Origin: Chloropicon primus
Lineage: Eukaryota
Assembly (NCBI GenBank): GCA_023205875.1
Contig: CP060758.1
Span: 310,001 to 374,000, forward strand
DNA: 64,000 nucleotides
Direction of reading: 5' to 3'
The translations under genes and the position numbers were made by a program. This document shows positions 9,090 to 21,439 of this stretch, piece after piece. Numbering within the stretch: the stretch's first letter is position 1; every line of letters begins with the position of its first letter. The notes beneath the pieces were generated by a model that was not told the DNA's origin, did not search any database, and saw nothing but the letters and a program-made list of their open reading frames with translations.

Positions 9090-10892
9090 ATGACAACGGG
9101 GAAGCACTTTTCGGACGAGGACTTGGTGTCGTCCTCGCTGCTGGGACTCGTGCGGTGCTCCAATGCGGCTCCCCTTCGGCTCCTGCGGCCGTTCCCGGAG
9201 GTGAGGGTGGTGGTGAGGGCGGACGTCGAACCGGCGTCGTTTGGCAGGGTCGCCCTCGTGAGTGGCGGAGGGAGCGGGCACGAGCCCGGTCAGGTCGGGT
9301 ACGTGGGCCAGGGCATGCTGACCGCTGCGGTGTGCGGCGACGTCTTCGCCTCGCCGTCCGCGGAGGCCGTGTACCGGGCGATCAAGGCCACCACGGGGTC
9401 AGCGGGGTGCCTCCTGATCGTGATGAACTACACCGGGGACAGGCTGAACTTCGGCCTCGCGGCGGAGAGGGCCAAGGCGGAGGGCCTCTCGGTGGAGATG
9501 GTGGTGGTGGGGGAGGACGTCGCCCTGCCGAGGAAGAAGACGGGGAGGAGGGGGCTCGCCGGGACGGTGGCGGTCCACAAGGCCTGCGGCGCGCTGGCCG
9601 AGCGAGGGGCGAGCCTCGAGGAGGTCAAGGCTGCCGGGGAGGCCGTCGCCGCGAGCATGGGGACGATGGGCGTTTCCCTGACGACCTGCACCATCCCGGG
9701 CCAGCCCGCATCCGGCAGGCTCGGCCCGACGGAGATGGAGGTGGGCCTCGGCATCCACGGCGAGCCGGGGAGGGAGAAGAGGCCCGTCGCGTCCGGCCGG
9801 GACGTCGCCCGGGCGATGTGCGACGCGGTGGCCAAGCCCGGGTCGAACGAGTACTTCGAGGCACCCGTCGGCGAGGAGGTCGTCCTGCTGGTGAACAACC
9901 TCGGCGCGACGACCCCGATCGAGATGACCATGCTGGCGGGCCACTGCTTGGACCACTGCAGGGGGGGGCTGGGCCTCCGCGTCAGCAGGCTCCTCGTCGG
10001 GCCCTTCAAGACGAGCTTGGACATGGTAGGGGCGTCCGTATCCCTGATCAGGGCGAACGTCCCGGGGGTCGGGGACTTCCTCGAGCTCCTGGACGCGCCC
10101 ACCAAGGCCCCGGCTTGGCCCAAGGACGCGGGGAGGGAACCCCCCGCGTCCCTCGAGGAGTGCTTCCGCGACGGCGGCGAGGACGGCGGGCCCTCGACGA
10201 GGAGGCCCGCGGCCGGCGGAGCCCCGGACCTGGGGGACGGGGAGCGGGAGGCGGCCAGGGGGGCCATCCTGGGCGCCTGCAAGGAGGTCTCCGCGTGCCG
10301 GGAGCTGTGCGACGGCCTTGACAGGCTCGCCGGGGACGGGGACTGCGGGAGCACCCTCGCCAAGGGGGCCGCCGGAATCGCGGCGGACGTGGAGGGAGGG
10401 AAGTTCGACTTCTCGACGGGGTCCTCCCTGGCCTCTTGCATCGCTTCGAGCGTTCTCAGGCACATGGGCGGCACTTCGGGGGCAATTTACAACATCTTTT
10501 TCCAAGCCGCGAGCACGTCCTTGGGCGCCTCGGAGGGAGGGGGGTCAAAGTACGAGGCCTTCGCCGCAGCGATGGCCGCGGGGCTCAAGGCGATCCAGAA
10601 GTACGGGGGCGCCCAGCCCGGGGACCGGACCCTCGTCGATGCCCTCCACCCCTTCGTCCACAGCCTCTCCGCTTCCTCGGCGACCACCCCGGAAGCGATC
10701 GAGGCGGACCTCCGCAAGGCCCTGGCGCTGGCGGAGGAGGGCGCAGAGGGCACGAAGGCCATGACGGACGCCATCCTGGGGAGAGCGAGCTACGTTCCTG
10801 AGAAGGACCTGGAGGGCAACGCGGACCCCGGCGCGGTGGCGGCTTGCGCCTGGCTCAAGGGAATGATCGAGGGACTGAGGCAGGGACGTTGA
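9090..10892 (+). CDS. DAK: Dihydroxyacetone/triokinase (Dak1+Dak2 domains)
   Basis: SGGGSGHEP, GDVFASPS, NYTGDRLNFG, GLGIHGEPG, GDGDCG, GGTSGA, GDRTLVDAL, GRASY, DPGA motifs. Confidence 0.95.
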   Translation: MTTGKHFSDEDLVSSSLLGLVRCSNAAPLRLLRPFPEVRVVVRADVEPASFGRVALVSGGGSGHEPGQVGYVGQGMLTAAVCGDVFASPSAEAVYRAIKATTGSAGCLLIVMNYTGDRLNFGLAAERAKAEGLSVEMVVVGEDVALPRKKTGRRGLAGTVAVHKACGALAERGASLEEVKAAGEAVAASMGTMGVSLTTCTIPGQPASGRLGPTEMEVGLGIHGEPGREKRPVASGRDVARAMCDAVAKPGSNEYFEAPVGEEVVLLVNNLGATTPIEMTMLAGHCLDHCRGGLGLRVSRLLVGPFKTSLDMVGASVSLIRANVPGVGDFLELLDAPTKAPAWPKDAGREPPASLEECFRDGGEDGGPSTRRPAAGGAPDLGDGEREAARGAILGACKEVSACRELCDGLDRLAGDGDCGSTLAKGAAGIAADVEGGKFDFSTGSSLASCIASSVLRHMGGTSGAIYNIFFQAASTSLGASEGGGSKYEAFAAAMAAGLKAIQKYGGAQPGDRTLVDALHPFVHSLSASSATTPEAIEADLRKALALAEEGAEGTKAMTDAILGRASYVPEKDLEGNADPGAVAACAWLKGMIEGLRQGR

Positions 10893-11031
10893 GAGAGAGA
10901 GAAAGAGAAAGAGAGAGAGGTTCGGAGGAGAAGGAGTTGGTGAAGCGGTGGCCTTGTATCCTTGCTTGTCCTAAAAACCCGCCATTTTGCTAATTTATTA
11001 TGATTTATCGTACAAACCCCGTAGATAGAGC

Positions 11032-11574
11032 CTACCAGAGCTCGTCGTCCGAAGGGATGTCCACGCCCAGGCTGAAGTCCTCGTCCTCCTGGAAACACTT
11101 GCAGAACGCCTTGAAGTCGAGCCTCTCCTGCTTGGACCCGGACTCCTCCATGACTCGCGTCAGGAGCTGGTCCATTTGGCTCTCGCTCAGGGAGGCACCC
11201 ACCCTCTGGCGCACGACGTGCTCCAAGTCCAAGCGAGAGACGTACCCATCGCCGTCCACGTCGTGGAAGTTGAACAAGAACTGGAGCTTCTCCTCCATGG
11301 ATGCCTTGGGGCTGAAAGCGGAGAGAATGTGCAAGAAGTCCTTGAAGTTCACATTCTCGAAGATGCTCACGAGGCGCTGCGCGAGGGGGTTCAGGCTGAA
11401 TTCTGGGATCGCGAGAAACTCCTCGGTCGAGATGAAACCCTTCTTGTCCTTGTCCAGCTTGAGGAACCTCTTGTAGAGCACCTGAATCTCCGTTTGGGAG
11501 AACTTGAACTCGCAGCCCTTCTGCAGGTCCTCGATCTCCCCTTGCGTGAGGTCGAAACTTAGGCCTTGACCCAT
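11032..11574 (-). CDS. Calcineurin B-like/CHP-type EF-hand calcium-binding protein
   Basis: ATG at 11574 gives MGQGLS (myristoylation-like); LYKRFLKLDKDKKGFIS, IPEFSLNPLAQRL, EF-hand DVDGDGYVSRLD. Confidence 0.85.
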   Translation of the reverse strand: MGQGLSFDLTQGEIEDLQKGCEFKFSQTEIQVLYKRFLKLDKDKKGFISTEEFLAIPEFSLNPLAQRLVSIFENVNFKDFLHILSAFSPKASMEEKLQFLFNFHDVDGDGYVSRLDLEHVVRQRVGASLSESQMDQLLTRVMEESGSKQERLDFKAFCKCFQEDEDFSLGVDIPSDDELW

Positions 11575-11973
11575 CCGCGCCCAACAAATCCTTTCTCGCC
11601 TGCTCCTCGCCGCGCTCGCACGCTCGACAGCGCCTCTGCTCTCTCGATTGGAAGAGGAAGAGGGACGGAGGGACGGAGGGATGCGATGTAAACAAAACAT
11701 AACAAAATATGCAACAATGAGGATGAAACACTGCCATCAACCACGACATCTTGGATAAAACCACCTCGTAATCTAATCCGTTATTCGTTTCGTTTCAATA
11801 TTAGTCTGAGGTGCGCCTCCCGCCTTCTCTTTGACGATGAACGAGGCTTGCTCGATTCCTTGCGCTCCCCCCGTGCAAGTGGCAACAAAGCTTTGGGGCC
11901 GTGTCCACTAGAAGAACCAGAAACCGTCTTCTCCGCCGAAGCGAAGAGAAGAGCCCGTGTTGTCCAACTGAAC

Positions 11974-12873
11974 TCACTGCCCAGACTTTTCCCTGCCGTA
12001 GGCCTCCAAATCCTCGAGCTCCTTGAAGTACTGAGGGAAACCAATGACTGACTTGATGGTCGCGAACGTGTAGTCGTCCTGGGGAACCTTTCCCTCCTTC
12101 AAGCCCTCAAGCGCTTTCTGCATTGCTGTGATGCAAACCCCAAGCAGAGGAAGGGGGTACACGCTGAGCTTGAACCCGATGTCAGTCAGCTTCTCCAGGG
12201 AGAGTATCGGCGTCTTCCCCGATTCCAACATATTCGCGAGGACCGGCTTGTTGTAACTGGCTGCCAGCTTGCAAACCGCGACCATCTCGTCCTCGCTCTG
12301 GAGTGCGTCACAGAACACCATGTCTGCCCCGACCTTGCAGAAGGCCTCGATTCTCCACAGCGTCTCCTCCATCGACACCGCCTGCCGAGAGTCAGTCCTC
12401 GCGATAATTACGATCCTGTCCGCCGGCTCCGGCGTCTCGTCCCTCGCGAGCACAGCCGCCCTCAGCCTGGACAGGGCCTCGGGACGAGTCACGACCTCCT
12501 TGTTCTGGACGTGTCCGCACGACTTGGGCACCTTCTGATCCTCGAGGAGAATGCCAGCGATGCCAGCGTCCCTGTAACCCCTCAGCGTCCTCTGCGCGTT
12601 CATGGCGTTGCCGTAGCCATTGTCGCCGTCCACGACGATCGGAATGCTGGTCACCTCAAGGCACAACCTGGCCTGGTCCAGCATTTCGCTGTAAGTGATG
12701 AGCTGAGTGTCCGGCGCCCCAATCCTCGCTGCCGAGGTCGTGAAGCCCGACATGAACATGACCTCGAACCCGGATTGCTCGATGAGCTTGGCGCTCAGAG
12801 CGTCGTGGCAGCAAGGCATCGGCAAGACCCCGGGCAAGGCCAGGAGGGAACGCAACCTTCTCGGACGGCTCAT
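11974..12873 (-). CDS. Isocitrate lyase/PEP mutase superfamily lyase (methylisocitrate/dimethylmalate lyase-like)
   Basis: DALSAKLIE, SGF, DGDNGYGN, EDQ..PKSCGH, IIARTD motifs; first ATG at 12873. Confidence 0.85.
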   Translation of the reverse strand: MSRPRRLRSLLALPGVLPMPCCHDALSAKLIEQSGFEVMFMSGFTTSAARIGAPDTQLITYSEMLDQARLCLEVTSIPIVVDGDNGYGNAMNAQRTLRGYRDAGIAGILLEDQKVPKSCGHVQNKEVVTRPEALSRLRAAVLARDETPEPADRIVIIARTDSRQAVSMEETLWRIEAFCKVGADMVFCDALQSEDEMVAVCKLAASYNKPVLANMLESGKTPILSLEKLTDIGFKLSVYPLPLLGVCITAMQKALEGLKEGKVPQDDYTFATIKSVIGFPQYFKELEDLEAYGREKSGQ

Positions 12874-13044
12874 ACTTTTTTCACTTCTTTCCCCTCGCGT
12901 GTTCGCGTCCTCCTCCAATCCTCACCGCTGGGTCGTTTCTTTCGCGCGACGGCTCGTTCAAAACAGCAAGAGACGACGCTTCTGCTCGTCCCAATTCCTC
13001 CGTCTCTCCGCTTCCCCGACGCGCGCTCCAGTCCTCGCTTGTTT

Positions 13045-13052
13045 CCCTCTCT

Positions 13053-13090
<38 letters not shown>
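13045..13090. repeat. (CT)n microsatellite
   Basis: Direct read; similar (CT)n, (GA)n and (CA)n tracts occur in many intergenic and intronic regions (e.g. ~21882-21909, ~51410-51440, ~56412-56457). Confidence 0.9.
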
Positions 13091-13092
<2 letters not shown>

Positions 13093-13168
13093 AAGGCAAG
13101 GGATTTGATCGACGAGGCGGCCAGAGAGAGCGTTACGGCGGGAGGGCGGAGGAGCGTTAGCAGATGAG

Positions 13169-14103
13169 ATGAGGGTCTCGCGGCATCGACATGTGGTGCT
13201 CAGGGTGACGGCAGTCCTCGTTGCGGTGTGGCTCCTTGGCCTGGCGCATGGCCAGGAAGGTGAAGGCGTTTGTAGAGCGACACAGGCGGTCGAGGGCCTC
13301 GAAACGGACGAAGCAGGACGCATGAAAGTGGAGGTGGCATCCGCGAAGGTCATCACCTGCGGAGGTTGACAGCGTGAGTAATTTGATTCCTTCTCTTGCC
13401 CGTCGAGCCTGTCAAGCATATTTTGCCCGCGTTCTGACAACAGTCCTTTCTCGTCACAAAGTGAGCAAGCATCCTGGGTAAGGAAGACCACGTTTTTTTT
13501 GTTTGTTTTTTTTGTTTTTGGGGAGGTGGCAAGCAGTGGACTGACTGAGACTCTTCACTACGCAGGGTAAAGAAGTTTCTCTACTCCGAGGATGGGCTCG
13601 TCGTGTATGAGAACCTCTCGTTCGAGATGCGGCACAAGGTCAAGCCCACGCTTCACTTGTACGCGCAGGTGAGTTTTTGGGAAGGTTTTCGTTTTTTTTC
13701 TTTTTTTTTTTTTCGGCAAGCTCACTCCTTTTGGTTTGGTTGCCCCTGCCTCTGCCGCGCAGGGCGCGACGGATAGTTTTCATCAGCAAAGCCTGGAGAA
13801 CTTCACCTTCCAGGAGCTCCACAAGCTCATGCACCTAATTGGTTTGAAGAGGAAACCAGACGAAGTGCTTGCGCAAGAGAACGCCATGGTAGGTAAAAGG
13901 AGTGCCTATTTTTACTGTTTTTTTTTTTTTTGAGATCGCGCTATGTTATAATCGGCGCTTAGACTGACAGGTCCGTGTTCCCATCCGCTGCTGCGGCGTT
14001 CCGCGACGAGAAGAAACTGGAAGAGATTCAGGCCGCCCATGCAGAGTGGAAGAAGATGATCTCCAAGCCGGGAAGCAGCGACGGCGCGCAAGTCGTCCAG
14101 TGA
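13169..14103 (+). CDS. Selenoprotein of the SelM/Sep15 family (signal peptide, CGGU redox motif), 5 exons
   Basis: Predicted exons 13169-13373, 13462-13477, 13566-13668, 13763-13888, 13963-14103 with GT-AG introns and consistent phases give ...AKVITCGGUQLSKHPGVKKFL...PTLHLY...; TGA at 13367-13369 is in frame; last-exon acceptor is less certain. Confidence 0.85.
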
Positions 14104-14123
14104 CACACGGATTACAAAAGCAC

Positions 14124-14182
14124 GCAGCCATGACGAAGGAAGGTCAACAGCACTGGAAAAACTTTCTTTCCGAAACCGAAGC
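14124..14182 (+). promoter_or_regulatory. SECIS element (eukaryotic, type II-like) in 3' UTR
   Basis: ATGAC (14130-14134), 10-bp helix GAAGGAAGGT/ACTTTCTTTC, unpaired AA at 14146-14147, CAG/CTG mini-stem, closing CGAA (14171-14174). Confidence 0.85.
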
Positions 14183-14546
14183 ATTGTATTGTACCGTGGT
14201 GTCGTCAAGTGTGCGAATAGTTTCGCATAGAAGAGCGCCCTCGTCGTCGATTGTCAACAACTTCGTTCCCTTTCCTGTCCACTGTTTCGCTTCCCCTTTC
14301 CAAGGCAAACTTCGAGCTGGAGGACGGGAGGGAGGGGTGAAGGAGGGGAAGAAAGAAGAAGGCCATGGGCTTATCATCGTTGATGAATCGCATGCTCCCT
14401 CCCTTCCCCTCCTCCCCCCCCCTCCTCTCCTCATTCTGTTTCGCGCCAGATTGATTTTAGATTTTAAGATTCGGCCGCCCGAGCCAGCCGATCGATCATC
14501 TTGAGAGGAGGGGAGGACCACCTGACCAACCCACAAGGCGTTCAAC

Positions 14547-17500
14547 ATGTCGCGAGTCGACCCCGTGTTAAAGGTAAGTCATCCCCGGACGAGGTCGAGG
14601 TCTCCCGAAAGGCGTTCCTCTTTCCTCTCCGCTCTTCTTCCCTTCTTTGCTCTTCGTTCTCTTTGCAGACGTTGATCCAAAAGGCTGACTTTGTTTGACC
14701 ACCACCTCCTCCTAACTCCTCCTTGATCGATCCCAACGACGACGACGACGATAACGACGCAGGAGTATCTGGAGAAGCAGGCGGAAGGTCCCGCAGCCTC
14801 GGCGCACAAGGAGAATGCCGAGGTCGAGCCCGGCGGTCTCCACGTGACGCGGAGCTCTTCCCTTCCGGCTTCTCCGCTCCAGGACATCACGGAGGGCGAC
14901 AACGCGGACAACAAGAGGTACAGCTTCAGGACCCGAAGACAATCACGGAACACGTTGATGGAGTCCGACGAGGAGGAGGAGGACGAGTATGCGGACGAGG
15001 GCGATGGCGGTCCTCCTCCTCCTCAAGCTCCGAGGTACACGGGAATCAGGACGCGCCTCGCGGAACCGATGGAGGAGGACCTCGCGGAACCCGAGGAGGA
15101 CGTCCGCCAACAGGATGAACTGGATGAGCTGGGGAACACTGGGAGGTATCCAAGGCGGAACAGGAAGAGCGTGGTGATCTTCGATCCGTACGAGGAGCCC
15201 ACCGTGAGCCGTCGCAGGAGGGTGGGCAGGGGGGCGATCGAGAACGAGGAGGAGGAGGAGGTGATCGAGGACGAGAGAATGAAGCCCTTTGGCCGCTACA
15301 GCGCAGATCACGGGTACTCCACAAGATTCCGAAGGGTCGCCGAGCCAAACTTCGGGGAGGGGAACGATGTCTCGGAGCATGCCGGGGCCGAGCCGAGGCG
15401 GAGCAGGAGGGTCAGGACCGAGGCGAAGAGGTACATGCCGGGGGAGTACCTTGGCAACGACGACCGGGAGGCGCCTTCTCCGAGAAAGAGGCTGAGAAGG
15501 ATTCAGAGGCAGAGGGAGAGGGATTCTTATGGGAGCCACCAGAGGTACAGCAGGAGGCGGATAGGCGGGGACAGCGAGGATGACCTCATACAGGATAGGA
15601 ACGACCACCTCTGGGGCCTCCTGGCGGAGGCGGCCCAGCAAGACGCCACGGCCAACCCCACCCCGGGGGGCGCGGCATCAAACCCCCTCATGCAGCCTCT
15701 CATGCCGCCGGACCTCAGCAGGAGCCTTGCTGGCAATCCGTTCGCGCAGAAGTCGAAGAACGTGGAGATCACCCCGATTAGCGTGGACGCGTCCATCACC
15801 TTCAGCGACATTGGCGGGCTGGAGCACTACGTGCACAGCCTGAAGGAGATGGTTTTCCTTCCTTTGGTGTACCCAGAAATTTTCAGGAAGTTTCACCTGA
15901 ACCCGCCCAAGGGCGTCCTCTTGCACGGCCCACCCGGGACGGGCAAGACTCTTTGCGCTAGGGCGCTCGCCGCTGCGGCGAAGAGATCCGGGCAGAATGT
16001 GAGCTTCTTCATGAGGAAGGGCGCGGACGTTCTCTCCAAATGGGTTGGAGAGAGCGAGAGGCAGCTGAGGCTTCTCTTCGAGGAGGCCCAGAAGAGGCAG
16101 CCAAGCATAATCTTCTTCGATGAGATTGACGGCCTTTGCCCGGTCAGAAGCAGCAAGCAGGACCAGATACACAACAGCATCGTTTCCACGCTTCTTGCCC
16201 TGATGGACGGCCTGGACAACAGGGGTCAGGTGGTGGTGATCGGTGCCACGAATAGGATCGACGCGGTGGACAGTGCCCTGCGGAGGCCCGGGAGATTCGA
16301 CAGGGAGCTGAGCTTCCCGCTGCCAAACGTCGAGGCGAGGAAGGAGATACTCGGGATTCACACCAAGAAGTGGCAGAAACCCATGGAGGAGGAGCTCAAG
16401 GAAGACCTCGCGAATTCCTGCGTGGGTTACTGCGGGGCGGACCTGAAGGCTCTCTGCACGGAGGCAACCCTCCAGGCCCTTCGGAGGCACTACCCCCAGA
16501 TCTACGCCAAGGAAGAGAAACTACTTATCGATACGGAGGCCATCAAGATCCAGAAGGAGGACTTCATCTCGGCCCAGAAGTCGATCACCCCGGCCTCCCA
16601 GAGGTCCGCAGTGGTCCATGCCAAGCCCTTGCCGAAGCACCTCTCAAAGTGCCTTTCAAAGGAGATGGGCAGGGTGAGGGAAGTGTGCTCTGTTATCTTC
16701 GACCCTTCTGAGAAGACCATGTCCAGCAAGCTGGCTGGCAAGCGCATAGACTATGCCCGCGTCCTTCAGAAGTTCACTTGCAGATCCAGGTTGTGCATCT
16801 GTGGCGATGCAGACGTTGCGGGAATGGGCCAAGACCTCCTCTCCGCAGCTCTGCTTCATGACTTGGAGGCCATGCCTTGCTTTGCGATTGGGCATCCCGA
16901 CCTCTTGGCGTTTGCCGGGGCCCACACGCCCGAGGAGGCCCTGGTCAGCATCATCTGCGAAGCAAGGAAGGCGGCGCCATCCATCTTGTACCTTCCGAAC
17001 TGTGACATCTGGTGGACGACCTCCTCCTACTTGCTCAAGTCTACCTTCCTGGCGCTGATGAATGACCTCATGAGCGCGGACGTCCCGCTTCTCTTCCTGG
17101 CGACGTGTGACTGTGGGCCCAGTGAAATTCCAGAGGACCTGCGCGCGGTGTTCTTCGGAAACGCCTTCTGCATGAGGCAGCTGACTCTGGAGGAGAAGCT
17201 GGATTGCTTCGACGACATCATGGTCATGGTGAAGGAGGGCTACGAGGGCGGCAAGGGGTCGTCCGGGGCGGGGCCCTCCGGCGAGGAGGACCTGCCCCTC
17301 GCGCCCCCGGACGAGCAAGTGCTCCAGGGCAAAGCCCTGCAGCTCAAGCTGGACGAGGAGGAGGAGAACCTCAGGCAGCTCAGGATGGTCTTCAGGAGCC
17401 AGGTCTTGAAGCTCCTGTGCGAGCACAGGTGGAGGGTGTTCACAGAGCCTCTCAGGGAGGAGGAGAAGAAGGAGGTCGAGAACAAAGGGGGTTCCTCCAT

Positions 17501-18185
17501 GGACCTGTTAACGCTCCTCAGGTCCATCGACACGAAGAAGGTGAGCAGCGCAAAAGAGTTCGAGAAGGCCATCGCGGACATTGTGTCCACCACAGAGGCC
17601 CTGTACTCGGAGAGCATCGCGGAGGACGCCAGAATCATCAGCCGGGCCCACGCCCTGAAGGACGCGGTCGACGTGTGGCTCGAGACCCTCCCCAAGGAGC
17701 TCGCCAGCAAGTGCGAGGGGATCGTCGAGAAGCGCAGGCAGGAGGAGGGGAAGAAGAAGGAGGAGGAGAACGCCACCAGGAGGGTCAGCGCCAGGAGCTT
17801 GGGAGAGGTGATGGACGACTCCGTCAAGCACTTGGATCCCGAGGCCCTGGCCAGGAAGCTCAGGTCGGAGAGGAGGCAGGCCGAGGAGCAGGAGGCCCTG
17901 GAGGCCAAGAAGTTGGAGGAGGAGAGGGAGACCGAAAGGCTGAGGAAGGAGGAGGAGGACAGGAAGAGGGCCGAGGAGCAGAAGAAGAAGGAGGTTCCGA
18001 TGACTCCACCAACCCTCGAGAACCTCCTGCAGCTGCAGGGCAAGCTCGAGGTCGAGGTCGCCGACAAGCGCAGCGTCCACGACCTCGAGTCCTTCCACGC
18101 CTGCCTCAAGCAGCTGACTTGGAGCTACAGGATGGAACCCAACAGGATCAATGTCTGCGAGGCCTTGATCGACTTCATGGCCTAA
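14547..18185 (+). CDS. ATAD2: ATAD2/Yta7-like AAA+ ATPase with degenerate second AAA and bromodomain-like region
   Basis: GVLLHGPPGTGKT, FFMRKGADVLSKWVGESERQLRLLFEEA, IIFFDEIDGL, ALRRPGRFDRE; short exon 14547-14573 splices in frame to 14763. Confidence 0.9.
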
Positions 18186-18307
18186 ACTCAAAACGTTTAA
18201 TCTCTCATTGTTTTGTCATTGAACCTCCACACATCCAATGCTAGATCTTTGCTTGCTGCTCGGTGACGTCTTCCTCCACCAGTCCGGGCCTCGAGAGGGA
18301 GAGAAGC

Positions 18308-20328
18308 ATGAGGCGTGCGACGTCTGCGAGGCAACTGCAGTGCCGCGCGGCGGCGACGGCGCGGGAGGTAACCTCGACTCGGGCGACGTGTCAGACACGT
18401 CGGTGTGCCAGGCGTGGCCGCGCGGGAGCGCCGCGAGCGTCCATCGGTGGCGTGGGGGGCGAGAGGTTCGACGGACCGTGGAGGGATGACGATGAGAACG
18501 TGCTCGGGGAGCAGGTTGATGTCCAGAAGTCACGTTCCCAGGGGGTTCGGGTTTGGGTTCTCACTTCGCCTCAGCGGTCTACCTTCGTCGCGGCGGAGGC
18601 GGAGGTCAAAGCATCCACCTCGGAGGTCTGGGAAGCGGTGAGGAGGTACGCGGTCTCGAGTTCTGCATCATCATCATCATCGTCATCATCATCTTCTTCT
18701 TCTTCTTCTTCTTCTTCTTCTCTCAAGCTCTCAAGCTCTCAAGCTCTCTCTCGTCTTGTTCTGACTCCTCCTTGCGCGTCTCTTGATCTCCTGTTCTCAG
18801 CTACGACAGCTACGACTCGTTCTTCCAGAACGTGGAGAGGTCCAGGGGGAATGGTAACGTTGTCTCGTTGGACTTGGCCCTTCAGTCGGTGTACTGGAGG
18901 GCCTCGGCGAGGGCCAGGCTCGCCATCCAGGAGCAGGAGGACTGGAAGGAGATCTCCTTCAACCAGATTGAGGGGGACTTCCAGTCCCTGCGGGGGCGCT
19001 GGGTGGTGGAGTCGAGGGGGAAGAGGACAATCCTGAGGCTGGAGATGGAAGTGGAGGACAAGGCGTACCTGCCGCGGGCTATTTCGGACCACATCATCCA
19101 CCAGGGCATTCCGAGCAACTTGAAGCAACTCGCGAAAAAGGTGGAGCTCACGGCCCTGACAGGCTTCGCTTACGACACGTCGAGTCCCTACCAGTATCTC
19201 GGCGTCTCCGAGGTTCCTCTGCCCTCGGCCCCGGCGCGTGGGGACGTCGCCGCCGCAGCGGGGGAGAGGGGCGTTTCCGTGGACGAGGGAGTTACGAACG
19301 AGGGGGTGACCACGGAAGGGGTCAAGGTTCACTTGAGGAAGTTGGATAACGACAGGTACATCCACAGCAGGGTTATCGCCTCAGTGGACATTACGGCCGA
19401 CAAGGAGAAGGTCTGGAAAACGCTGACAGACTACGACAACCTCCCGACGATCTTGCCCAACCTGGTTCACAGCAAAGCCATACGCACCAAGTACCTCCAG
19501 CAGGGGAGGCTGAAGCTGAGGCAGATAGCGTTCAAGGAGTTCATGTACCTTAAGTTTAGGGCGGAGGCGGTGTTGGACGTTCTCGAGAAGCCTTACAACG
19601 AGATTCAGTTCCAGTTGAGCAACGGCACGTTTGATAAGCTTCAAGGGAAGTTCGTGCTGCACAGTTGCTACGACGAGGAGCAGAAGGAGGTGAGGGGAAT
19701 GACGAGCCTCGTGTATGCCCTGGAGATCAGGATTCCCAAGGGAATACAGACCTTTGCCGTCTCTCCGCTGGTGGAGAAGTTCGCCTTTGAGGACGTGGCC
19801 AACAACGTTGCCCTCCTGAAGGCGCACATCGAGAACATTTCGGAGGAGGAAGAGTCGGGGTGTGACTACATCCGGCCGTCAACCTCGGCCCTCTCTTCCG
19901 ATTTCGAGGTGCTGAAGCTGGAGCTCAAGAGGACCTTTGGGGAGGCGAACAGGACGATGCCTAAGAAGGGGGAGTTCAGGTCAGCTGGCAGGTTTGACCT
20001 GGAGAAGGCTTGCTATGCCCACGGGGGGTTTCGGGTCGTGGCAGAGAAATTGGGTTGGAAGCTGCAGTACAAGCGGAAACCTAGGGATTACTGGCAGAAT
20101 TTCGACAACTTGCGCTCGGAAGTCACTGACTTCATACAGGGCCACAATCTCCCGCCGAAGGACTTTCCTTCGAGGCGGACTTTTATCGAGTATGACAGGA
20201 TGGACATCGTGAGGGCTTACACCAAGTGGGGTGGAGCCGCGGAGGTTGCGGGGCAGATGGGTCTCAGAACCTCCTCCACAAAGTCACAGAGCAGCTTGGA
20301 CTTTGATTTTTATGACCACAAGGATTAA
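18308..20328 (+). CDS. Tandem polyketide-cyclase/START-like (SRPBCC) domain protein with C-terminal GRxDL..A...GG repeats, probably plastid-targeted
   Basis: Intron 18646-18800 joins frames; VWEAVRSYD, EGDFQSLRGRW, VWKTLTDYDNLPTILPNL, GTFDKLQGKF, RKPRDYWQNFDNL. Confidence 0.75.
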
Positions 20329-20536
20329 CCGTCGTGTCTTGTTGTGATCTGATTTGCCTTATCCCTTAACTCTTAATCCTGATATGGATGGACACCACGG
20401 TGCTCTCTGTCACCAAGAAAAGGGGTAGAGATGTCCTAAGTCGGAGCGGAGCAGAGAAAGAGAGAAAGGGAGGGAGAGGGAGAGAGAGCTGCAAGAGGAC
20501 CTCTTCGATCCGCCACTATTGCGCTTGTTCTCCAAG

Positions 20537-21439
20537 ATGTGGACTGGGAAGGGCCCGGTACTCCCTCGAGGTCTCGACTTTTGGTAGACCAAAGCTCAGA
20601 GAGGGAGCCTTGTTGTGTGGCCTCGTAGCACCTCGTTGCTTCTCGGGTAGACCGCGTACCATCTTTCTTTTGGTCCCTTTCGAGGTTGCAGTGGTGCATC
20701 ACGATGGTGCAGGAGGAGACGTATGTGGAGCACCGCATCTTTATGAACCCGGTACTGCAGCAAAGGAAGGCCTCCCTTTACAGTTGGTTCTGCGTCCAGC
20801 CCTATTTTTGCACGGAGTTTCCGGTGCAGTTGCAGGACAGCTTCACGGCAGCGGAGTGGAATAGCAAGATCATTGGACCACTGAACGAGATATCTCTGAT
20901 GATATTCCCGCCGCTCAGGCTTTTGATGTCCTTGGTGTTCATCCCTCTTGGACTCTTTCTGTGCGTTTTGACCAGGACTCTGCCAAGGTAAGGCAAAGGG
21001 AGCAAAGATCCCAGAGCATGGATCTCAGCGTCTCACACATCATCCCATCATCCCATCCCTGCGTCAGTGGAAGAAAAAAGCTAACTGCCGTTGTACTTGT
21101 CTCTCCGTGCCTGTCAGGCTGCTCATTATTCTGTTCTGCAGCATGGCTTTCTTGGGGCTTCTGAACGGGTTCCTGACAAGCACCGTGGTTGCTGATTTGT
21201 ACTTCCAGCGCCTCACCGTTTTCTTGAACGATTACTTTGCCGAAGAAAGGGATCTGCGCTTTGCCTTTATCACGTCTTCGAGCCGATCGGGAATGAGGCT
21301 TCGAGCTTCCTACTTGGGCACGGAAAGATACCTCAGCATCCGAAAGCGAAGGATCAGGCAAGAGCTGATCACGGATGAGATGATCGCAGTTGGCGTCGTC
21401 TCTCCTAACAACACATACTCCATCGCCCTTCCTGTCTGA
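20537..21439 (+). CDS. Small spliced membrane protein, possibly Golgin-A7/Erf4/CHIC-like
   Basis: Exon 20692-20988 (FPVQLQDSFTAAEWNSKIIGPLN plus hydrophobic segment), intron to 21117, last exon to 21439; first exon from ATG 20537 is tentative. Confidence 0.45.

Noticed and set aside
11032..11574. True calcineurin B as an anomaly in the green lineage
   Set aside because: Matches the CHP/calcineurin-B-like EF-hand family that plants also have; not evidence for calcineurin
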